NCBI GenBank assembly: GCA_051362555.1
Contig: CM120647.1
Location: 3,348,001 to 3,412,000 of the forward strand
Length of the DNA: 64,000 nucleotides
Direction: 5' to 3'
DNA from: Lingula anatina
Lineage: Eukaryota; Animalia; Brachiopoda
The translations under genes were made by a program, and so were the position numbers. A model generated the notes under the pieces. It saw only the letters and a program-made list of their open reading frames with translations, searched no databases and had not been told where the DNA came from. How positions within the stretch are numbered: the first letter of the stretch is position 1; every line of letters begins with the position of its first letter. Shown here in pieces: positions 1-12,523 of this stretch.

Positions 1-479
1 ATTTATTGTCCAAAAAAAATCTTTTTCATGAGACACAGTCAACTGATGAGCTAATCACAGATTCTTATTGTTGTTATGCATCATCTATCCAAATTTCACA
101 AATATTAGACAAGATTTGTGAAAATTATTAACGTTTAACTATTTTATACCATAGAATTTGGCAGTCTTTTAAGTGCCATTTTCAGTTTTCTCACATTTAT
201 TTGCTCTGAAAAATGTTTTTCATGAGACACAGTCAACTGATGAGCTTATCACAGATTTTTATTATTGTTATGCATCATCTGTCCAAATTTCACAAATATT
301 GGACAAGATTTGTGAAAATTATTAACATTTAACTATTTTAAGGCACCGCATTTGGCAGTCTTTTCAATGTCATTTTGAGTATTTCTCAAATTTATATGTT
401 CTGAAAATATCCTTTTTATTAGACATAGTCAACTGTTTAGGTTAAGTTTATCAAAATTATTGTTCAACTATTTTAGTGT

Positions 480-980
480 GGGAAATTTGTCAATTTTTAG
501 AATTTAATTTTCACTTTTATCAAACATATTGTTATTTTTCCAGGTGACCTTTTCCATACAGCGTGATGGCTTTTTTGGTGAACCGATTCTTCCTGTCTGG
601 TCAGGGCTAATTCCTATAGAAAAAACAGACAGCAAAAGACAACAGCAAGAGCAATGCTATGTCTCATCCATGTGCACAATAGATGGTATATGGCAAGCTT
701 TAGGACATTATCAAATGGTGTGCTAAACCCTATTTCAGAAACCGATTGTAAGGAGGAATCTGTATCTGGTATTGGTAGTAAGGAGATGTCTTAAATGGGT
801 ATATATTCTTTTCCAGAGGAAAATTATGGGTAATTTGTCACCTCTTACACAAACAAACTCAAATCATAATATTTGATGTTTAATGTGAGTCTAATTAGAT
901 GTTGTGAAATCGAAAAAAAAATATTGTAGATAATTCTCACTCTTTGCATACAAAAAGTCAAACAACTACAATTCTATCAC
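480..980. repeat. ~0.5-kb non-monomer spacer of the satellite higher-order unit
   Basis: Near-identical copies carry the ORF-track ORFs at 529, 2058, 4125 and 9299. A diverged, shorter copy lies at ~10570-10900. Confidence 0.9.
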
Positions 981-3900
981 ACACTGTCAACTGTTAAGCT
1001 TATCACAGATTTTTGTTATTGTTAAGCATCATCTCTCTAAATTTCACAAATATTGAACAAGTTTTGTGAAAATTATTAACGTTTAACTATTTTCAGGCAC
1101 CGCCTTTTGCAGTCTTCCCAGTGTCATTTTCAATTTTCTCAAATTTATTGTCCAAAAAAATTTTTTTAATGAGACACAGTCAACTGATGAGCTTATCACA
1201 GGATTTTATTGTTGTTATGCATCATCTATCCAAATTTCACAAATATTAGACAAGATTTGTGAAAATTATTAACGTTTAACTATTTTAAGCCATGGAATTT
1301 CGCAGTCTTTGCAATGTCATTTTCAGTTTTCTCACATTTATATGCCGTGAAAAATGTTTTTCATGAGACACAGTCAACTGATGAGCTTATCACAGATTTC
1401 TATTATTGTTATGCATCATCTACCCAAATTTCACAAATATTAGACAAGATTTGTGAAAATTATTAACGTTAAACTATTTTAAGCCATGGAATTTGGCAGT
1501 CATTTCAGTGACATTTTCAGTTTTCTCAATTTTATTGTCCAAAAAAAATCTTTTTCATGAGACACAGTCAACTGATGAGCTAATCACAGATTTTTATTGT
1601 TGTTATGCATCATCTATCCAAATTTCACAAATATTAGACAAGATTTGTGAAAATTATTAACATTTAACTATTTTAAGGCACCGCATTTGGCAGTCTTTTC
1701 AGTGCCATTTGCAGTTTACTCACATTTATTTGCCCTGAAAAATGTTTTACATGGGTCATAGTCAACTGATGAGCTTAACACAGATTTTTATTATTGTTAT
1801 GCATCATCTGTCCAAATTTCACAAATATTGGACAAGATTTGTGAAAATTATTAACATTTAACTATTTTAAGGCACCGCATTTGGCAGTCTTTTCAATGTC
1901 ATTTTGAGTATTTCTCAAATTTATATGTTCTGAAAATATCCTTTTTATTAGACATAGTCAACTGTTTAGCTTAAGTTTATCAAAATTATTGTTCAACTAT
2001 TTTAGTGTGGGAAATTTGTCAATTTTTAGAATTTAATTTTCACTTTTATCAAACATATTGTTATTTTTCCAGGTGACCTTTTCCATACAGCGTGATGGCT
2101 TTTTTGTTGAACTGATTCTTCCTGTCTGGTCAGGGCTAATTACTATAGAAAAAACAGACAGCACAAGAAAACAGCAAGAGCAATGCTATGTCTCATCCAT
2201 GTGTACAATAGATGGTATATGGCAAGCTTTAGGACATTGTCAAATGGTGTGTGTTTCCAGAGGAAAATTATGGGTAATTTGTCACCTCTTACACAAACAA
2301 ACTCAAATCATAATATTTGATGTTTAATGTGAGTCTAATTAGATGTTGTGAAATTGAAAAAAAAATATTGTAGATAATTCTCACTCTTCGCATACAAAAT
2401 GTCAAACAACTACAATTCTATCACACACTGTCAACTGTTAAGCTTATCACAGATTTTTGTTATTGTTAAGCATCATCTCTCCAAATTTCACAAATATTGA
2501 ACAAGTTTTGTGAAAATTATTAACGTTTAACTATTTTCAGGCACCGCCTTTTGCAGTCTTCTCAGTGTCATTTTCAATTTTCTCAAATTTATTGTCCAAA
2601 AAAATCTTTTTAATGAGACACAGTCAACTGATGAGCTTATCACAGAATTTTATTGTTGTTATGCATCATCTATCCAAATTTCACAAATATTAGACAAGAT
2701 TTGTGAAAATTATTAACGTTTAACTATTTTAAGCCATGGAATTTGGTAGTCGTTTCAGTGACATTTTCAGTTTTCTCAATTTTATTGTCCAAAAAAAACT
2801 TTTTAATGAGACACAGTCAACTGTTGAGCTATTCACAGATTTTTATTGTTGTTATGCATCATCTAGCCAAATTTCACAAATATTAGACAAGATTTGTGAA
2901 AATTATTAACCTTTAACTATTTTATACCATAGAATTTGGCAGTCTTTTCAGTGCCATTTTCAGTTTTCTCACATTTATTTGCTCTGAAAAATGTTTTTCA
3001 TGGGTCACAGTCAACTGATGAGCTTATCACAGATTTTTATTATTGTTATGCATCATCTGTCCAAATTTCACAAATATTGGACAAGATTTGTGAAAATTAT
3101 TAACATTTAACTATTTTAAGGCAACAAGTTTTGTGAAAATTATTAACGTTTAACTATTTTCAGGCACCGCCTTTTGCAGTCTTCTCAGTGTCATTTTCAA
3201 TTTTCTCAAATTTATTGTCCAAAAAAATCTTTTTAATGAGACACAGTCAACTGATGAGCTTATCACAGAATTTTATTGTTGTTATGCATCATCTATCTAA
3301 ATTTCACAAATATTAGACAAGATTTGTGAAAATTATTAACGTTTAACTATTTTAAGCAATGGAATTTGGCAGTCTTTGCAATGTCATTTTCAGTTTTCTC
3401 ACATTTATATGCTCTGAAAAATGTTTTTCATGAGACACAGTCAACTGATCAGCTTATCTTAGATTTTTATTATTGTTATGCATCATCTATCTAAATTTCA
3501 CAAATATTAGACAAGATTTGTGAAAATTATTAACGTTTAACTATTTTAAGCCATGGAATTTGGCAGTCATTTCAGTGACATTTTCAGTTTTCTCAATTTT
3601 ATTGTCCAAAAAAAATCTTTTTCATGAGACACAGTCAACTGATGAGCTAATCACAGATTTTTATTGTTGTTATGCATCATCTATCCAAATTTCACAAATA
3701 TTAGACAAGATTTGTGAAAATTATTAACCTTTAACTATTTTATACCATAGAATTTGGCAGTCTTTTCAGTGCCATTTTCAGTTTTCTCACATTTATTTGC
3801 TCTGAAAAATGTTTTTCATGGGTCATAGTCAACTGATGAGCTTATCACAGATTTTTATTATTGTTATGCATCATCTGTCCAAATTTCACAAATATTGGAC

Positions 3901-5106
3901 AAGATTTGTGAAAATTATTAACATTTAACTATTTTAAGGCACCGCATTTGGCAGTCTTTTCAATGTCATTTTCAGTATTTCTCAAATTTATATGTTCTGA
4001 AAATATCCTTTTTATTAGACATAGTCAACTGTTTAGGTTAAGTTTATCAAAATTATTGTTCAACTATTTTAGTGTGGGAAATTTGTCAATTTTTAGAATT
4101 TAATTTTCACTTTTATCAAACATATTGTTATTTTTCCAGGTGACCTTTTCCATACAGCGTGATGGCTTTTTTGGTGAACCGATTCTTCCTGTCTGGTCAG
4201 GGCTAATTCCTATAGAAAAAACAGACAGCAAAAGACAACAGCAAGAGCAATGCTATGTCTCATCCATGTGCACAATAGATGGTATATGGCAAGCTTTAGG
4301 ACATTATCAAATGGTGTGCTAAACCCTATTTCAGAAACCGATTGTAAGGAGGAATCTGTATCTGGTATTGGTAGTAAGGAGATGTCTTAAATGGGTATAT
4401 ATTCTTTTCCAGAGGAAAATTATGGGTAATTTGTCACCTCTTACACAAACAAACTCAAATCATAATATTTAATGTTTAATGTGAGTCTAATTAGATGTTG
4501 TGAAATCGAAAAAAAAATATTGTAGATAATTCTCACTCTTCACATACAAAATGTCAAACAACTACAATTCTATCACACATTGTCAACTGTTAAGCTTATC
4601 ACAGATTTTTGTTATTGTTAAGCATCATCTCTCCAAATTTCAAAAATATTGAACAAGTTTTGTGAAAATTATTAACGTTTAACTATTTTCAGGCACCGCC
4701 TTTTGCAGTCTTCTCAGTGTCATTTTCAATTTTCTCAAATTTATTGTCCAAAAAAATCTTTTTAATGAGACACAGTCAACTGATGAGCTTATCACAGAAT
4801 TTTATTGTTGTTATGCATCATCTATCTAAATTTCACAAATATTAGACAAGATTTGTGAAAATTATTAACGTTTAACTATTTTAAGCAATGGAATTTGGCA
4901 GTCTTTGCAATGCCATTTTCAGTTTTCTCACATTTATATGCTCTGAAAAATGTTTTTCATGAGACACAGTCAACTGATGAGCTTATCACAGATTTTTATT
5001 GTTGTTATGCATCATCTATCATCTATCTAAATTTCACAAATATTAGACAAGATTTGTGAAAATTATTAACGTTTAACTATTTTAAGCCATGGAATTTGGC
5101 AGTCAT

Positions 5107-8100
5107 TGTACCACCAGCGTTAGCGCTGGCGGTACACATGGTTTTAGTCCCGTCCGGATCGTTCCGCCGGATCGTTCCGCCGGACGGCTACCGTTACCGC
5201 TTCTCCTCCCAGACGGTAAGGGCCCCCGTACCCATCTCTTGGATTTAGGTCACCTATAATCTCAACTCGTTCCACGTAAAATTTGGGCTTTGTCGGTATT
5301 GGGGTCTAGGTGTGGCACTCATTGCAATGCACCCTTGTCTAAAAATGGCAAAATTAAATGCTAATTATCTACCCTACGGATGGAATTATGGGAAAAATTT
5401 CTACAGACGGCTTTCCAAAAGTCACATGTGTAGATTTCAAATATGCCCTTGGATTTGACCTTTGACCTTTATTTCAAGGTCAAACGGGCAAAAATTTTTA
5501 AAAAAATTAATTTTTTTACGAAAAAAAAATTATTTGCCCTGTTATTCAGACACCACACAGACTTAACCAATAATATTATTGGAAGTTGTTACCCTTCAGG
5601 TCATCTTTCATCTCCGTTAATTTGGGGTCAATCGGTGCATTTTCACAGGAGTAGCGGCCATAAGATACCGAAACTGAAAACTGTCTCTAATTTGGGAACC
5701 GTTAACGCTAGAGACCCATTCTTTTTTGCATTTTGTAGAGCATGTAAAGCCCAACACTGGAAGTGGTCTCCGTTTTTTTGTATTCCATACGGTTTTCGAG
5801 TTACGCTGTATCAAAAAGTACATATTGGTGGTGAAAGCAAAATGTGCAATACGGTAATGGATAATAAATTTTGAACTCCAGAAAAAAAAAATATAAGGCT
5901 TGGCAAAGCAGACAACTTGTGGTCAAAAATGACATTATTTCATCAAATTTGAACTTCTGGAACTTCAGAGCACCTCCCATTTCAAGAATTTTGACCAAAA
6001 TGACCTTTTCTTTATTTTAATTAATTTTTTTCTGTAGGAAATTTATGGCACATTTTGGTAACTCCAAAATTTTAACATTTAGTCCCTCATATCTCCAAAA
6101 CTGGTGGAGAAAGGTCCATAGTTACTATTGAAGTTGAATAGGAAGTCATATACTGGCAATCTTACTGTGACCTTTGAAATTGACCTTTGACCTACTTTTC
6201 ACCATGAACTTAACTTTGCAAATTTTCCTTCCCTTTTATCTCCAAAACTGGCAGAGATAGGTCCATAGTTACTATTGAACTTGAATAGGAAGTCATATAC
6301 TGGCAATCTAGATGTGACCTTAAAATTGACCTTTGACCTACTTTTCACCATGAATTGAACTTTGCAAATTTTGCTTCCCTTTTATCTCCAAAACTGGCAG
6401 AGATAGGTCCATAGTTTCTATTGAACTTGAATAGGAAGTCATATACAGGCAATCTAAATGTGACCTTAAAATTGACCTTTGACCTACTTTTCACCATGAA
6501 TTGAACTCTGCAAATTTTGCTTCCCTTTTATCTCCAAAACTGGCAGAGATAGGTCCATATTTTCTATTGAACTTGAATAGGAAGTCATATACTGGCAATC
6601 TTAATGTGACCTTAAAATTGACCTTTGACCTACTTTTCACCATGAACTGAACTCTGTTAATTTCTTTCTCCTATAACTCCAAACCTGGCAGAGATAGGTC
6701 CATAGTTACTATTGAAGTTGAATAGGAAGTCATATACTGGCAATCTATATGTGACCTTGAAATTGACCTTTGACCTTCTTTTCACCATGAATTGAACTTT
6801 GCAAATTTTGGTTCCCTTTTATCTCCAAAACTGGCAGAGATAGGTCCATAGTTGCTATTGAACTTGAATAGGAAGTCATATCCTGGCAATCTAAGAGTGA
6901 CCTTGAAATTGACCTTTGACCTTCTTATTATCATGAACTGAACTCTGCTAATTTCTTTCTCTTTTAACTCCAAACCTGGCAGAGATAGGTCCATAGTTAC
7001 TATTGAAGTTAAATATGAAGTCATATTCTGGCAATTTACTGTGACCTTGAAATTGACCTTTGACCTTCTTTTCACCATGAACTGAACTTTGCATATTTTG
7101 CTTCCCTTTTATCTTCAAAACTGGCAGAAATATGTCCATGGTTACTATTGAACTTGAATAGGAAGTCATATACTGGCAATCTTACTGTGACCTTAAAATT
7201 GACCTTTGACCTACTTTTCACCATGAACTGAACTTTGCAAATTTTGCTTCCCTTTTTTCTTCAAAACTGGCAGAGATAGGTCCATAATTACTATAGAACT
7301 TGAATAGGAAGTCATATACTGGCAATCTAAATGTGACATTAAAATTGACCTTTGACCTACTTTTCACCATGAACTGAACTTTGCAAATTTTGCTTCCCTT
7401 TTATCTCCAAAGTTATGCTGTATCAAAAAGTACATTGGTGGTGAAAGCAAAATGTGCAGTACGGTAATGGATAATAAATTTTGAACTCCAGAAAAATAAA
7501 ACATAAGGCTTGGCAAAGCAGACAACTCGTGGTCAAAAATGACATTATATCATCAAATTTGAACATCTCGAATTTCAGAACACCTCCCATTTCAAGAATT
7601 TTGACCAAAATGACCTTTTCTTTATTTTAATTATTTTTTTCTGTAGGAAATTTATGGCACATTATGGTCACTCCAAAATTATAACATTTAGTCCCTTATA
7701 TCTCCAAAACTGGCAGAGATAGGTCCATAGTTACTATTGAAGTTGAATAGGAAGTCATATACTGGCAATCTTACTGTGACCTTGAAATTGACCTTTGACC
7801 TACTTTTCACCATGAACTGAACTTTGCAAATTTTGCTTCCCTTTTATCTCCAAAACTGGCAGAGATAGGTCCATAGTTACTATTGAACTTGAATAGGAAG
7901 TCATATACTGGCAATTTACTGTGACCTTGAAATTGACCTTTGACCTACCTTACGATGAATTCACTTTGATTGTACCATTTTAAGTTATATATATTTTTTT
8001 GCATATTTTGAAAATTCTTGTTGATTGCATTTTTACAGCTTGTCAAGCACAAGACTGGTGGCTGTGTCCCTTACTTTGTGTATGTGGGGGTCTATACGAA

Positions 8101-8162
8101 TGCGCTTGCTCCAGCTGGTGGTACAATATTCGGAGGCGGTATCGCCTCTCTGATCCTCTAGT
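5107..8162 (+). mobile_element. Non-autonomous Helentron-associated (HINE/DINE-1-like) element with central tandem repeats
   Basis: 5' subTIR TGTACCACCAGC (5107-5118), adjacent inverted copy GCTGGCGGTACA (5125-5136) and a CCGGATCGTTCCG mini-repeat. At the 3' end: subTIR GCTGGTGGTACA (8114-8125), stem-loop GAGGCG-GTAT-CGCCTC (8133-8148) and CTAG(T) terminus. Inserted in the T-run of the satellite site GCAGTCAT^TTCAGTGAC with no TSD. Confidence 0.88.
6091..7960. repeat. 120-bp tandem repeats inside the HINE (about 11 + 2 units, split by a duplicate of block ~5800-6110 at ~7412-7720)
   Basis: The unit ATCTCCAAAACTGGCAGAGATAGGTCCATAG...TGACCTTGAAATTGACCTTTGACC repeats about every 120 bp. Confidence 0.95.
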
Positions 8163-11059
8163 TTCAGTGACATTTTCAGTTTTCTTAATTTTATTGTCCA
8201 AAAAAAAATCTTTTTCATGAGACACAGTCAACTGATGAGCTAATCACAGATTTTTATTGTTGTTATGCATCATCTATCCAAATTTCACAAATATTAGACA
8301 AGATTTGTGAAAATTATTAACATTTAACTATTTTAAGCCATGGAATTTGGCAGTCTTTTCAATGTCATTTTCAGTTTTCTCACATTTATATGCTCTGAAA
8401 AATGTTTTTCATGAGACACAGTCAACTGATGAGTTTATCACAGATTTTCATTATTGTTAAGCATCATCTCTCCAAATTTCACAAATATTGAACAAGATTT
8501 GTGAAAATTATTAACGTTTAACTATTTTAAGGCACCGCATTTTGTAGTCTTTTCAATGTCATTTTCAGTTTTCTCACATTTATATGCTCTGAAAAATGTT
8601 TTTCATGAGTCACCGTCAACTGATGAGCTTATCACAGATTTTTATTATTGTTATGAATCATCTGTCCAAATTTCAAAAATATTGGACAAGATTTGTGAAA
8701 ATTATTAACACTTAACTATTTTAAGGCACCGCATTTTGCAGTCTTTTCAATGTCATTTTCAGTTTTCTCAATTTTATTGTCCAAAAAAATATTTTTTATG
8801 AGACACAGTCAACTGTTCAGCTTTTCACAGATTTTTATTATTGTTATGCATCATTTATCCAAATTTCACAAATATTAGACAAGATTTGTGAAAATTATTA
8901 ACCTTTAACTATTTTATACCATAGAATTTGGCAGTCTTTTCAGTGCCATTTTCAGTTTTCTCACATTTATTTGCTCTGAAAAATGTTTTTCATGAGACAC
9001 AGTCAACTGATGAGCTTATCACAGATTTTAATTATTGTTATGCATCATCTGTCTAAATTTCACAAATATTGGACAAGATTTGTGAAAATTATTAACATTT
9101 AAATATTTTAAGGCACCGCATTTGGCAGTCTTTTCAATGTCATTTTCAGTATTTCTCAAATTTATATGTTCTGAAAATATCCTTTTTATTAGACATAGTC
9201 AACTGTTTAGGTTAAGTTTATCAAAATTATTGTTTAACTATTTTAGTGTGGGAAATTTGTCAATTTTTAGAATTTAATTTTCACTTTTATCAAACATATT
9301 GTTATTTTTCCAGGTGACCTTTTCCATACAGCGTGATGGCTTTTTTGTTGAACTGATTCTTCCTGTCTGGTCAGGGCTAATTACTATAGAAAAAACAGAC
9401 AGCAAAAGAAAACAGCAAGAGCAATGCTATGTCTCATCCATGTGTACAATACATGGTATATGGCAAGCTTTAGGACATTGTCAAATGGTGTGCTAAACCA
9501 GATTCCAGAAACTGGTTGTAAGGAGGAATCTGCATCTGGTATTGGTAGTAAGGAGATGTCTTAAATTGGTATATATTCTTTTCCAGAGGTAAATTATGGG
9601 TAATTTGTCACCTCTTACACAAACAAACTCAAATCATAATATTTGATGTTTAATGTGAGTCTTATTAGATGTTTTGAAATTGAAAAAAAAATATTGTAGA
9701 TAATTCTCACTCTTCGCATACAAAATGTCAAACAACTACAATTCTATTACACACTGTCAACTGTTAAACTTATCACAGATTTTTGTTATTGTTAAGCATC
9801 ATCTCTCCAAATTCCACAAATATTGGACAAGATTTGTCAAAATTTTTAACGTTTAACTATTTTAGACCATGGAATTTGGCAGTCTTTTCAATGTAATTTT
9901 CAGTTTTCTCCAATTAATATGATCTTAAAAATATTTTTAATGAGACACAGTCAACTGATGAGTTTTTCAGAATTTTTTATCGATTTAAGCATCATTTGTA
10001 CAAATTTCAAAAATATTGGACTAGATTTGTCAAAACTATTAACATTTAACTATTTTATACCATGAAAATTGCCAGTCTTTTTAATGTAATATTCATTTTT
10101 CTCAATTATATTGTCTGAAAAAATTTTATTCATAGAACCCAGTCAACTGATGAAGTTATTATTGTTGTTATGCATCATTTGTACAAATTTCACAAAGATT
10201 GGACCAGATTTGTCAAAATTATTAATGTTTAACTATTGTAAGTCATGGAATTTGGCAGTCTTTTCAATGTCATTTTCAGTTTTCTCAAATATATGTTCTG
10301 AAAAAATCTTTTTCATTTGACATTGTCAACTGATGTGCTTTCCACAGATTTTTTAGATGTTAAGCATGATTTGTACAAATTTCACAAGTATTGGAGTAGA
10401 TTTGCCAACATTATTAATGTTTAACTATTTTAAGTTATCGAATTTGGCATTTTTTTCAATGTTATTTTCAGCTTCTCAAATATATTGACTGAAAATATCC
10501 TTTTTATTAAACACAGTCATCTATTTAGCTAAACCTTATCAAAAGTATTTATGTTTAACTATTTTAATCTGGGAAATTTATCACTTTTTAATATTTAATT
10601 TACACTTTTTTCAAATATATTTTGTCAACCGGTGTGCTAAACCCCGATTCCAGAAATTGATTGTAAGGAGGAATCTGCACCTGGTATTGGTAGTAAGAAG
10701 TCTTAAATGGGTATATGTTGTTTTCTAGGTCACATTTCTGGACAATTTGTCACCTCTACACAAGCAAACAAATTATCACATTTGATATTTCTTTGGAGAC
10801 TGAATGATATATTGAATGATATATATGATATATTGGCGTATTAAAATATTTGTTTTCAATAATTCTCACTCTTCTCATACAAATCGCATATAAGCTACAC
10901 TTCTGTTACACACAGTCAACTGATAAGCTTATCACAGATATCTGCAGTTGTTAAATGTCATTTTTTCAAAATTAAAAAGAAATAAAATATAATTGACAAA
11001 ATTGTTAATATTTAATTATATTCATGATGGTAATTTTGATACATTTTAAGTCTTATTGC

Positions 11060-12422
11060 ACATTGTGCTCTGCCACCACGTCTCTTGTATGTAGGTCAGA
11101 TATAATCTCAACTTGATCCATGTGAATTTTGGGTGCGCGGTGCTGGGGTGTAGGTGTGGTGTTCGTCACATTGCACCCTTGTCCAAAATTTGCAAAATGA
11201 AATGCAAAATATCTCCCAAACTGAAGGCATTGCAGGAAAAGTTTCTATGGATGACTGAAAGTGGTATGTGGGATTTAAAATATGCCCATTTAAGGTTAAA
11301 TGGGCCAAAATTTTCTTTTAAATTTTTTTTCATTCATGCTGATTTTCTGAATCTACACAGACCTATTCTATAATATTATGGGCAGGTATTACCCTTAGGG
11401 TTATCTTTCATCTTCGTGAGTTTGAGGTCAGTTGGTGCATTTTTATGGGAGAAGCAGCCAGATTTCTTGACTGCAATCTCTAATCCTGGAACCATAAATG
11501 CTAGAAACCTTTTGTTTAGTGCATTTTATAGATCTTGTCAAGCACAACACTGGGGATGGTGTCTGATTTTGTTTTCCAAGTGGTATACGAGTTGCAACAT
11601 ATCAGAAAGTACAATGATGCAATATCCATTGGTGAAAATAAAATGTGAAATAACTCCAAAATTAGAGGTAACCCCATAGTTACTATAGACCTTCAATAGG
11701 AAGTCATATACTTGCAATCTGTCACCTTGAGATTGACCTTTGACCTAATTTTCAATTTGAACTGAACTTCACAACTCTCTGTCCCTTATATTTCCAAAAC
11801 TGCCAGAGATATGCCCACAGTTACTATAAAACTTGAATAGGAAGTCACATACTGGCAATCTGTCACCTTGAATTTGACCTCTGACCTACTTTTCACCATG
11901 AACTGAACTTTGCAACTTTTTTGTCCCTTATATCTCCAAAACGGCCAGATACATGCCCAAAGTTACTATTAAACTTGAACACGAAGTAATATACTGGCAA
12001 TATATGACCTTGAAATTTACTTTGCCCACTTTTCACCATGAACTGAACTTTGCAAATTTTCTGTCCCTTATGTCTCCAAAACTGGCATGCCCACAGATAC
12101 TACCGAACTTGAATAAGAACTCATACGTTGACAGTCTTCCTGTGGCCTTGAATTTGACCCTTGACCTACTTTTAGCATGAAGCGCACTTTTTAAATTTCC
12201 TAGCTCTGATATATACAATTGAACTTGGATGGGAAGTCCTATATTCTCATTCTTACTGCAACCTTGAATTTGAACATTACTTCTCCCCACAATTTGTTAT
12301 GAATTGTAATATATGTATTCTTCAAAAAATTGAGAACTGTTGTTTACCGTATTTTGTCAAGCACAACACTTAAGGTGGTTTCCCTTTTTAGTTTCTATAA
12401 GAATGTGCTTACTCCAGCTGGT
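11060..12422 (+). mobile_element. Older, degenerate copy of the same HINE family with termini eroded
   Basis: Colinear similarity to 5230-8120: TCTCTTGTATGTAGGTCAGATATAATCTCAACT vs TCTCTTGGATTTAGGTCACCTATAATCTCAACT, about 4-5 decayed 120-bp units at ~11650-12280, and AATGTGCTTACTCCAGCTGG vs AATGCGCTTGCTCCAGCTGG. Confidence 0.8.
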
Positions 12423-12486
12423 TTTCACCTTTCTCAAATGAATTGTGAAAAAAAAAACACTTTAATTACACATAGCAGATTAACTT

Positions 12487-12523
<37 letters not shown>

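Noticed and set aside
6091-7960. CRISPR-like array
   Set aside because: The units are contiguous 120-bp tandem repeats with no unique spacers. There are no cas genes and the context is eukaryotic.
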